NCBI GenBank assembly: GCA_002269645.1
Contig: NIVC01000337.1
Span: 62,001-126,000, forward strand
Direction of reading: 5' to 3'
Origin: Macrostomum lignano
Taxonomy: Eukaryota
DNA: 64,000 nucleotides
Part shown: piece after piece, positions 10,092 through 19,108 of the stretch
Layout of the letters: each line of letters opens with the position of its first letter
Numbering within the stretch: position 1 is the stretch's first letter
Program-made: the position numbers and the translations under genes
The notes under the pieces: generated by a model
Database searches by the model: none
Told to the model about the DNA's origin: nothing
Seen by the model: only the letters and a program-made list of their open reading frames with translations

Positions 10092-13000
10092 CACTTAAAA
10101 CTGAAATGCAAGGATACAGACAAGACACTATTCATCTCGGAACAAGAGATACCAGTCTACGTAAAGGAAGAAGACAAACAAACCTTCTTGGCAATCATCA
10201 ATGGAACGTATCAGCAACAAGAAAAACAGAATAGAAGACGACGTGACATCGAACGTCCCAAACTGGTGTCAAACCGGCTGTTGTCAGCAAAGATAACGGC
10301 TTTGGATCACAATCTACACAACCAGTTAAACCACTTGCATCGAACACTGGTCCAGCTAACTTGCAAAATGCACGCAATCAACTTAAATTATGCCAGACAA
10401 AACTACTATGTCAACCCTACGATGACTTTTCGTAAAATCACCGGAATGACGAACGTTTTGGCAGTTCCAATATACGAGCATCTGTTGATATACAAGTGCA
10501 CGCCGATACAGCACTTAAACATCTTGCCGTCAAACACGTCAACAACCTGCTACGATAAGCCAAGGATTGAAGCGTTCTACGAAGGAAAACGAATTCAGGG
10601 ATTCTTGGACACGGTACACAACATCATCGTTGGCACCGCAATACCGAGACCTTGCACCACGGCAGTAAACTACTATCAACTGGACAATGCACTACACGTC
10701 ATCAAAACAACTGGAACGACAGCAAACGTCACAGAACCGGAAGAAATCGTCGAGGAAAACTACAACATGGAGGATTTGAAAATCCGATTCAACAGAACGA
10801 AGTATACGCCATTCGCCGATATCCAACTTGACGAGATAACACCAGGATGGACGATCAACGACTTCTTGCAAGCGTTCATCACCCAACGCAAGATGATTCA
10901 CCAGCTGTTCACAAGAAAGGACAAAGGAACCGGGACAGGAAGATTTCCCGTCCTTGTTTCAATGGACAGCGCCATCAAATCATTTTGGACAAATAGCTTC
11001 TGGGAGCTGCTCAATGGAAGAGGCAGTCTCTATCAAGGATTCATCTTCGACGGTGCTTGCATTGTGTGGATTGTCACGGCAATCTTCATCATTTCATCGA
11101 TCGTACGGTGCTTCAGTCAAACTTGTCCAAGAGCTAAGAAGACAGTGAATGCCATAATGCAAAGAACGACAACGGAAAGCGACAACAGTTTAGAACTAAC
11201 AGAAACTGCACATTGTGAGGTTCAAGGGCAACCGACACTAGCAACGCGGCTATATCCATCGATTCCGACAACACCAACGGCACCAAGGATACAACCACCC
11301 AACTATCAAGCAGAACAGCACGAGCCAAAATGGCCGGAAAACTACGTCTGTACGCTACACGCCGAGATTGGCAAAGCAATGGCTCAGGTCATTGTCAACA
11401 ACTTACCATGTCGAGCACTACTGGATTCAGGCAGCTCGATCACAGTCATCTCGCAACAATTATGCAACAAGCAACGACTCGCGGTACGACCAGCAGCAAT
11501 CGCAGTTGCAGGAGCAGGAGGACATTCACTCAACATCCTAGGAAAAGCAGATATCGACTTGAAAATTGCTAATAAACAGCTGACGGTCCCGACGTACATC
11601 ATCGACAGACTACCAAACCAAGACGCCATCGTTGGAATCGACACGTTCAAGCAGCTTCAACTACCATTAACCTTCGACTTCAACAAGCAAACGTTTAGGA
11701 TCGACACGGTGGAGCAACCGCTGATCAACCAGATTCGAGTACTACCGAAAGTAACTCTGCAGCAAGATGTCATTATCCAGCCTGAAAGCGCATGCTGGGT
11801 CAGAGCGAAAACGACCAGCGCGGCAGAAGAAGCAATGATATTTGATCCACACAGGAGAGTCACGGCAAAACATCAAATCATGATGCCTACGGCACTAGTG
11901 CTGGTTGCAAAGGATAAGCAACTGCCAGTACAAATCTTCAACCCGAACACAGAAACGGTTCATCTACGACAAGGAAAGTGCATCGGTCATCTCAACACCC
12001 AAGCATCGGTTATGCTGATTGAACAAGCGACTCCACGACTAACAGAGGAAGAATTTCAAAAGAAGATCAATTTGGATGACAGCCCGATTACGGAACAGCA
12101 AAAGAGGAAAGTTCGACAGCTGTTGTGGAAGAACAACGAAGCCTTCTGCAATCATGATTACGACATCGGACGAGCCAAGGACATCAAACAGGAAATCAAA
12201 CTTCTGCCGCACACGGAACCAATTCAGTGCAAGCCGTACCCGATCGCCAAGCATCTGCAACAACACTTTGACGAAATCATCGATAAAATGCTAAAGCACG
12301 GCATCATCAGCAAAGCTATTTCGGCTTACTCCTCACCGTGCCTACTGGTACAGAAGAAGGAGACAAACGAAAGACGACTCGTATGCGACTTCAGACTGTT
12401 GAACAAGTACATACCGACGGATCAGCAAAGCCTACCGAAGATCTCCGAACTACTAGCAAAGCTCAACACGGCAAAATTGTTCACGGTGTTCGACCTACGT
12501 CATGGATTTTGGCAAATTGAAATCGAGAAAGAGTCACGACAGTACACGGCTTTCAAAACCTACAATGGACAAGTATACGAGTACAATCGATCGCCGATGG
12601 GACTTAGCAACAGCCCAGCAACGATGAGTCGACTAACAGCATACATGCTAGCAGGATGCACGAACCTGCTGCACTATGTCGACGACATTTTAGCCTACGG
12701 AGAGGATTTCGAGCGACTCTACGAAGCTACGGAGAAGGCCCTAGCGCTCATTCAACGCCAAGGTTTGAAGCTACAACCAACTAAATGCAAATTCTTCCGA
12801 GACAACGTGCGTTACCTGGGACATCAGGTGACAGCCAAAGGAATCTCACCGGACCCAGACAACGTGGAAAAGGTGAAGAAGTTTCCTACGCCAACCAGTA
12901 TAACGAAGGTCCAATCATTCCTTGGACTTGCGCAATACTTCAGGAAGTTCTTACCTAACTTCGCAAAGACAGCAAAGCCACTGTACGACCTGCTCAAGTT

Positions 13001-14888
13001 CGACAAATGGAAGCAAGACAACTGGACACAGAGACAACAGGAAAGTTTCGACGAAATCAAACGACAGCTGACATCAGACGCACTGCTACAGCATCCGGAC
13101 TTCGACAAGCCCTTCATCATCGAGACAGACGCCTCAGGAACGGGACTCGGAGCAGTCCTACTACAGGAAACCGAGGACAAGAAGGAACGACCTATTGCCT
13201 ACGTCAGTCGAGCACTCAAACCAAATGAAACAAAGTGGTCAGCTACGGAACGAGAGCTACTAGGAGTCTTGTTCGCCCTGCGACAGTTTCATTACTACAT
13301 CTATGGTTCTCCAATACAGACGATAGTACGCACGGATCATGCACCATTGACCTACGTCGTAACTACAAAAGGACAGACCAACAACCGACTCATCAGAATG
13401 ACACTCAAGATCCAGGATTACAACTACAAACTCGTCTACAAACCAGGAATTACCAACAAAGCCGCGGACGCCCTGTCAAGAGCCTATGAAGTCAACGCCA
13501 TTCATCCAATCCCTAACATCAAGGAGTTGGTGGATGAAACCGAGCGCGACAACTTCTACCAAGCGGTTAAAGACGACGACAAGAACATCAAACTCAGTCC
13601 CATGGAACGAAAATTCCTACGCAAGCAACGACAACACCTAACAATCAATAAGTCACGGCTCTACTGGATGAGCGACAATAAACCCAAGATCTACATACCA
13701 TATTCGTTTCGGCAAGCAATTCTCAACGAGCTACACGACAACCCACTCGCTGGACACCTGTCGGCAGCAAAGACCATCGCGAGAGTGGAACAATACTACT
13801 TTTGGCCAACTATGTACGGCGACATCAAGCAGTATTGCAACAACTGCCATTCATGTGCTGCATCAAAGACAGGACGACGACAGAAACCGCAGCTACAGTC
13901 CATTCCGAAGTCGACTACAATGGACTGTCTAAGCATCGACATCACCGGACCGCTACCACCGAGCTGTCTCCAGGGCATCGCCTACACCTACATTCTAACC
14001 GCCTTGGATATCTTCTCGAAGTTTGCTATCGCCATACCGATACCGGACATCACAGCTCAGACAGTGGCAATGAGTTTCTTCAACGAAATCATTTGCAAGT
14101 ACGGCACGCCGAAGAACCTCACATCGGACAACGGATCGCAGTTTACATCGCAACTGTTTCAGCAAGTCGTAAGGATTCTCAACATTACGCAGATCTACAC
14201 ATCGACCTACAATCCGAAGGCAAACATGGTTGAACGGTTTCACCGCAACCTGCACGAGATGATTACACATTTCGCGCACCAACAGCCGGAAGACTGGATC
14301 ATCTACCTGCAATCTGTAACAATGGCCTACAACAGCGCTATTCATCGATCAACGGACAATACGCCATTCTTCCTAATGTTTGGACGAGACTTCCAACCGC
14401 CGAATCTGCTCGCACAGCAATTGCTACCATCGCAGTACGTGGAAGTACCGACTTCCATTCAGAAATTCGTCACGCAACTACACCTCGCATGGAAGATCGC
14501 CAAGCACAACATTGACAACCAGGTGGCTCTGACCACCGGCAACGACGCGAGATCGACAACCCTGACGGCCGGCGACATCGTCTACCTACACTACCCGCCA
14601 CAGCAGACGCATAAACATGCACAGAAGTACAAAGGACCCTATCGAGTGGTCCAACTAACGTCACCAACAACGGCACGCCTGGCTAATGTACAAGATCCAC
14701 ATCAGCACCAGTTCTACGTACACATTCATCGACTAAAGAAGATCAACACTGACACAGCGACGTTTCTACCGACATTAGACAACGCTGATCGCACGCGTTC
14801 AACGAACCGCCACATCGCGACGAAGCACGAGGAGACTCAAACGACAGATGTGAGCCAGCCACATGGCTACAACCTACGACCACGCTAG
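10092..14888 (+). CDS. Ty3/gypsy Env(gB-like, N-truncated)-TM-PR-RT-RNaseH-IN single ORF, no gag
   Basis: Open from 10092 (after TAA 10089-10091). RRRR furin site 10233-10244; 4 ectodomain Cys and N-glycosylation sequons; TM about 11040-11105; LLDSGS (11424); DLRHGFWQ, YVDD (12675); TDASG/TDH/ADALSR; HHCC; DITGP/SDNGSQF/VERF; GPY; terminal YNLRPR. Confidence 0.92.
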   Translation, partial: HLKLKCKDTDKTLFISEQEIPVYVKEEDKQTFLAIINGTYQQQEKQNRRRRDIERPKLVSNRLLSAKITALDHNLHNQLNHLHRTLVQLTCKMHAINLNYARQNYYVNPTMTFRKITGMTNVLAVPIYEHLLIYKCTPIQHLNILPSNTSTTCYDKPRIEAFYEGKRIQGFLDTVHNIIVGTAIPRPCTTAVNYYQLDNALHVIKTTGTTANVTEPEEIVEENYNMEDLKIRFNRTKYTPFADIQLDEITPGWTINDFLQAFITQRKMIHQLFTRKDKGTGTGRFPVLVSMDSAIKSFWTNSFWELLNGRGSLYQGFIFDGACIVWIVTAIFIISSIVRCFSQTCPRAKKTVNAIMQRTTTESDNSLELTETAHCEVQGQPTLATRLYPSIPTTPTAPRIQPPNYQAEQHEPKWPENYVCTLHAEIGKAMAQVIVNNLPCRALLDSGSSITVISQQLCNKQRLAVRPAAIAVAGAGGHSLNILGKADIDLKIANKQLTVPTYIIDRLPNQDAIVGIDTFKQLQLPLTFDFNKQTFRIDTVEQPLINQIRVLPKVTLQQDVIIQPESACWVRAKTTSAAEEAMIFDPHRRVTAKHQIMMPTALVLVAKDKQLPVQIFNPNTETVHLRQGKCIGHLNTQASVMLIEQATPRLTEEEFQKKINLDDSPITEQQKRKVRQLLWKNNEAFCNHDYDIGRAKDIKQEIKLLPHTEPIQCKPYPIAKHLQQHFDEIIDKMLKHGIISKAISAYSSPCLLVQKKETNERRLVCDFRLLNKYIPTDQQSLPKISELLAKLNTAKLFTVFDLRHGFWQIEIEKESRQYTAFKTYNGQVYEYNRSPMGLSNSPATMSRLTAYMLAGCTNLLHYVDDILAYGEDFERLYEATEKALALIQRQGLKLQPTKCKFFRDNVRYLGHQVTAKGISPDPDNVEKVKKFPTPTSITKVQSFLGLAQYFRKFLPNFAKTAKPLYDLLKFDKWKQDNWTQRQQESFDEIKRQLTSDALLQHPDFDKPFIIETDASGTGLGAVLLQETEDKKERPIAYVSRALKPNETKWSATERELLGVLFALRQFHYYIYGSPIQTIVRTDHAPLTYVVTTKGQTNNRLIRMTLKIQDYNYKLVYKPGITNKAADALSRAYEVNAIHPIPNIKELVDETERDNFYQAVKDDDKNIKLSPMERKFLRKQRQHLTINKSRLYWMSDNKPKIYIPYSFRQAILNELHDNPLAGHLSAAKTIARVEQYYFWPTMYGDIKQYCNNCHSCAASKTGRRQKPQLQSIPKSTTMDCLSIDITGPLPPSCLQGIAYTYILTALDIFSKFAIAIPIPDITAQTVAMSFFNEIICKYGTPKNLTSDNGSQFTSQLFQQVVRILNITQIYTSTYNPKANMVERFHRNLHEMITHFAHQQPEDWIIYLQSVTMAYNSAIHRSTDNTPFFLMFGRDFQPPNLLAQQLLPSQYVEVPTSIQKFVTQLHLAWKIAKHNIDNQVALTTGNDARSTTLTAGDIVYLHYPPQQTHKHAQKYKGPYRVVQLTSPTTARLANVQDPHQHQFYVHIHRLKKINTDTATFLPTLDNADRTRSTNRHIATKHEETQTTDVSQPHGYNLRPR

Positions 14889-15008
14889 AGTTTAGAGAAC
14901 AACCCCGTGTAGTGACCGGGATAAAGAATAGCACTACAGCTTCGCAAGCTTGTCGTAAAAGGCGACTAATCCGAGCGACACAAAGACAGCGACAAATTGA
15001 CGACAATT

Positions 15009-15434
15009 ATGGGCAACGCACTGTCAAAACAGGCGCCCCAGCCTCAGCAGCTATATGACTGCCCGATATGTTTAACTGATGACTTGGCTGTCAAGCCACC
15101 GACTATTTGCATCAATGGACATAAAGTTTGCGGACAATGTTTAAGTGATTCACACTATATTCAGCCCTGGCAGAGTTGTCCCCTCTGTAGAGATAGTTTG
15201 CGACAATGTGCCTATTGTTATTCTTGGCGCACGTTTCAATATTGTAACCACCAACATTTTATTTGCATGCACTGTTTGAAGCAAACCGCTAGTAGGGGCA
15301 TTATAGGATGCCCCTTATGTAACAGTATGCCCCGCGAAAACACTTTTAAGAAATGGTGTCGGATTATACCTGACCCAGCGCGTTGTTTATCCGTTTACAC
15401 TATGCACACCTTAACCGCTATGAGTATCGGCTGA
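15009..15434 (+). CDS. Tandem RING-finger protein (141 aa) with N-myristoylation motif; accessory ORF of the gypsy module
   Basis: MGNALSKQ start; CPIC-x12-CINGHKVCGQC-x12-CPLC followed by CAYC-x8-CNHQHFICMHC-x11-CPLC; C-terminus lies at the junction with BEL sequence. Confidence 0.8.
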   Translation: MGNALSKQAPQPQQLYDCPICLTDDLAVKPPTICINGHKVCGQCLSDSHYIQPWQSCPLCRDSLRQCAYCYSWRTFQYCNHQHFICMHCLKQTASRGIIGCPLCNSMPRENTFKKWCRIIPDPARCLSVYTMHTLTAMSIG

Positions 15435-17724
15435 GTATCTCATAGTTATTCGAGCGAACTTTCGCCTCTGGCTTCCACGGAATTCCCACCTGGTATCGGC
15501 CGTTTGTTAGCTTTAATGAAGACTTGGCTTGCTGGACTGCAGCTTGCTCATCCGCTGTCCAATTTTGATCTTGAGCTGGCCGGATTTCTTCGACTTCCCA
15601 GAACTTGTGCAGCACTGGTGACAGCATCTCCTCGCTGGTGACACAGAAAAAGGTGCTGGCCAAGTTTTTCTGATGCTGAATCTGTTCTACTGGACCCACA
15701 CCTGTCCATCCAAGGGGAGTCAAACGTGCCTGTGGCTCCCCAGGGCCACCGCGAACTTCTCGGTAGGACACGTGTAACTCCGCATGATCCACTCCTATCA
15801 GCAGGTCTATGAGATGCGGTGCATGGAGCTGAGGAAATGGAATGCGCTCCAGATGTTTCCAATCTGCTGCCGTCGTCTGCCAATCCGTAGCCTTCAACTT
15901 CCCGGTGACGCTGTCTGTCGTGAATGCCGTGATCGGACGACTCAGACTTCCATCTACACTTTCGAGCGTCATCGTAACCGGAGCTGTCAAGAATGTCTCT
16001 GTCTGTCCGTTCAAAACGTTCACTTTCACTTGCTCCACATTGCCCTCCAGTCCCAGAGCTTCCGCAATCTCCGCATTCACATACGTCCTTGTACTCGCGT
16101 CGTCCAACAGTGCGTTCACCTTCACTACACGGCCGCCTGCCTTGAGAACTACTGGAACTGTTCGCAGCGACGTTGCACTTCCACTTCCTGCCATCATAGT
16201 TACGGCGGCTCCTTTGCGACCCGACTCAGCGTTCTTTTTGCCTCCTTCGGTCGGAGAATTCTTCTTCGACTCAGTTTTTGCAGCCTCGTCAGAATGCAGC
16301 AAGCGGTGGTGAAACTTGTTGCATTCACCTATTCCACATCGGCGTCCATGACGGCATATCCGAGCAGCATGACCGCGAGCTAAGCAGCAAAAGCATGATT
16401 TCGAATCTTGCGCAGCCTTCCACCGATTTTCAATTGACAGCTGTCTAAATGTTGGACACTTCCACAGCTCATGTTGATCTTGACACAGTATACAAGATTT
16501 TGACGGAGACGCTTGTTGATGATCTGCAAGAAACGTTTTGGACCGCGTCTCCTTCTTAACTTTCTCTTCACTCGTCACACCGTGCACAATCTCCATGGCT
16601 TCTGTCTGGAAAGCGGCCTCCATCAGCACCCACTCACGTAACATCTTTACGCTCTCTTGCCTATGTCCTTCGAATAGCCAACGCCGGTAACGCGCCACCA
16701 TCTGCTCAGGGAGCTTCTTCTGCAACTTTGCGTACAACAACCCGTCAGTCAATTCTGAGACCTTACCAGACTCTTCGAGATTTACAACTGCGACATCTAA
16801 CAGATTAGAGAATTGCTTAAGCTCTTTTGCATTGGTGGAGCGGATGGGTGGAAAGTTATCGAGCTCTTCAAGATACAGAGCGATACGTCGGCGGCTGCCC
16901 CCAAATTCGCGTTCCAATCTGTCTTTGGCAGCCTCGTAAGCAGCGGCAGAGTGACCCAGATGTTCGACTAATTTCAAAGCCGGCCCTTGAAGATATTGAC
17001 GGAGTTGAAGCAATTTGAACTCCGGTGTGGCAGGAGCTCTATCAATACAAGCAGTAAAGGCGGCTTTCCAAGATTCGTACTGCTGCTTTTCGCCGCCGAA
17101 CTTTGGGATCTCTACACGCCGAAGCATCTTCCAAAGATCCTTTGCTAACTCGGCTTCACCGCTGCTAGTCTGAGAATGGCCCGCCTCACTTACAGAGTCA
17201 TCAATGCTACTGGCACTCACAACCGGCATTGCTGTAGCCGCCGTCGCCGCCGTCGCCGTCGTTGCAGTCGTCGCAGTCGCCGCAGTCGCCGCAGTCGCGG
17301 CAGTCGCGGCAGTCGCCGCAGGCGCAGCAGTCACGGCAGTCTGATGGGCAGTGATTAATTGAGTGACACATTTCATAGTGTCTTGAAACTGCTGCTCCAC
17401 TTGATCCAGCTCGTCCAGAAGTTTGTCTCGAGCTTCTTCTGTGGCTTCTTGCTGAAGGAGCTCATCATAGAATTCGTCGAGCAGCTTCACGCACTCTTCG
17501 TGTGCTGCAGTGGCTGCATCGCACGCTTGCTGGATCGCTCCATGATCGGTTTCGCTCTGTAGCAACAGTACCAGCCGGTTTCGAGTCCTAGTTGCTGCAG
17601 ACTTCGTTCTTGCCTTCACTCGTCGAAACTGTTCGATGCGAAGCCGCTCCTCAGTGCTGATCTCTTTTTCTTGTTCATCTTCTGAGCAGCCAGTCTGCTG
17701 CTGATTCAATTCGTGGCTGGCCAT
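15418..17724 (-). CDS. gag: BEL/Pao Gag-protease (768 aa), truncated at the insertion junction
   Basis: IPKFGG...WKAAF...YLQGPA (DUF1759-type); three Zn knuckles; LLDDAS protease; YQVGIPWK...NNYE just before the junction; no internal stops. Confidence 0.93.
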   Translation of the reverse strand: MASHELNQQQTGCSEDEQEKEISTEERLRIEQFRRVKARTKSAATRTRNRLVLLLQSETDHGAIQQACDAATAAHEECVKLLDEFYDELLQQEATEEARDKLLDELDQVEQQFQDTMKCVTQLITAHQTAVTAAPAATAATAATAATAATATTATTATAATAATAMPVVSASSIDDSVSEAGHSQTSSGEAELAKDLWKMLRRVEIPKFGGEKQQYESWKAAFTACIDRAPATPEFKLLQLRQYLQGPALKLVEHLGHSAAAYEAAKDRLEREFGGSRRRIALYLEELDNFPPIRSTNAKELKQFSNLLDVAVVNLEESGKVSELTDGLLYAKLQKKLPEQMVARYRRWLFEGHRQESVKMLREWVLMEAAFQTEAMEIVHGVTSEEKVKKETRSKTFLADHQQASPSKSCILCQDQHELWKCPTFRQLSIENRWKAAQDSKSCFCCLARGHAARICRHGRRCGIGECNKFHHRLLHSDEAAKTESKKNSPTEGGKKNAESGRKGAAVTMMAGSGSATSLRTVPVVLKAGGRVVKVNALLDDASTRTYVNAEIAEALGLEGNVEQVKVNVLNGQTETFLTAPVTMTLESVDGSLSRPITAFTTDSVTGKLKATDWQTTAADWKHLERIPFPQLHAPHLIDLLIGVDHAELHVSYREVRGGPGEPQARLTPLGWTGVGPVEQIQHQKNLASTFFCVTSEEMLSPVLHKFWEVEEIRPAQDQNWTADEQAAVQQAKSSLKLTNGRYQVGIPWKPEAKVRSNNYEILSRYS

Positions 17725-17731
17725 TTACCTG

Positions 17732-17749
17732 AACCACGCTCTGCTACCA
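17732..17749 (-). other. Primer binding site, initiator tRNA-Met type
   Basis: TGGTAGCAGAGCGTGGTT, 4 nt after the 5' LTR; complementary to the metazoan tRNAiMet 3' end pattern AACCNNNCUCUGCUACCA. Confidence 0.85.
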
Positions 17750-17753
17750 AAAA

Positions 17754-18095
17754 TATTAACAAGAGATTCTTAAGAACTGAGAACTCAGCACTTGGTGGCT
17801 AGCCTCGCAATTGACAATCGTAGCAGAACAAAATCACCAAGGGGGGTACACGCAGTCTACTCTTAAGCTAGGTATATTTATTCTCAATATAATATATGGC
17901 GGGGTTGACACAGGCTTTAGCGGGGGGGTTGTAGGTGTGCATGACTTGCAATGTACTCGTACGTTTAACCAAATCAGAATGGGGGGTGAGAAAGTGGCGT
18001 GAGGCGCGGAGGGGGGCAGGTAAATTAGCTAGGCAAATGATGAGTAATAGTACAGAAGTACAATGAAATAAGCAAAACCTTTACTCTTCAATCCA
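17754..18095 (-). repeat. BEL 5' LTR (342 bp)
   Basis: Near-identical to the 3' LTR; terminal CA reads TA in this copy. Confidence 0.92.
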
Positions 18096-19108
18096 GTGCC
18101 TGTGGCTGCAAAATGAGTGCCTGTGGCTACAAAATGAGTGCCTGTGGCTCCAAAATGAGTGCTTGCGGTGTCAAAATGAGTGCTTGCGGTGTCAAAATGA
18201 GTGCCTGCGGCTCCAAAATGAGTGCCTGCGGCTCCAAAATGAGTGCTTGCGGTGTCAAAATGAGTGCCTGCGGCTCCAAAATGAGTGCCTGCGGAGCCAA
18301 AATGAGTGCCTGCGGCTACAAAATGAGTGCCTGTGGCTACAAAATGAGTGCCTGCGGCTGCAAAATGAGTGCCTGCGGCTACAAAATGAGTGCCTGTGGC
18401 TACAAAATGAGTGCCTGTGGCTACAAAATGAGTGCCTGTGGCTACAAAATGAGTGCCTGCGGCTGCAAAATGAGTGCCTGTGGCTACAAAATGAGTGCCT
18501 GTGGCTACAAAATGAGTGCTTGCGGTGTCAAAATGAGTGCTTGCGGTGTCAAAATGAGTGCCTGCGGAGCCAAAATGAGTGCCTGCGGCTGCAAAATGAG
18601 TGCCTGCGGAGCCAAAATGAGTGCCTGCGGAGCCAAAATGAGTGCCTGCGGCTACAAAATGAGTGCCTGTGGCTACAAAATGAGTGCCTGTGGCTGCAAA
18701 ATGAGTGCCTGTGGCTACAAAATGAGTGCCTGTGGCTACAAAATGAGTGCCTGTGGCTACAAAATGAGTGCCTGTGGCTACAAAATGAGTGCCTGCGGCT
18801 GCAAAATGAGTGCCTGCGGCTACAAAATGAGTGCCTGTGGCTACAAAATGAGTGCCTGTGGCTGCAAAATGAGTGCCTGTGGCTACAAAATGAGTGCCTG
18901 TGGCTACAAAATGAGTGCCTGCGGCTGCAAAATGAGTGCCTGCGGCTGCAAAATGAGTGCCTGCGGCTACAAAATGAGTGCCTGTGGCTACAAAATGAGT
19001 GCCTGCGGCTGCAAAATGAGTGCCTGCGGCTGCAAAATGAGTGCCTGCGGCTACAAAATGAGTGCCTGTGGCTACAAAATGAGTGCCTGTGGCTACAAAA
19101 TGAGTGCT
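18096..19108. repeat. 21-bp satellite, right part (same array as 4680-6806)
   Basis: Same unit, resumes in register at the TSD. Confidence 0.97.

Larger units (their letters stand above)
6807..18095 (-). mobile_element. BEL/Pao LTR retrotransposon (11,289 bp, with nested insertions)
   Basis: TG...CA ends; 5-bp TSD GTGCC (6802-6806 and 18096-18100) inside the satellite; paired 342-bp LTRs; PBS, PPT; BEL-type gag and RT motifs. Confidence 0.93.
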
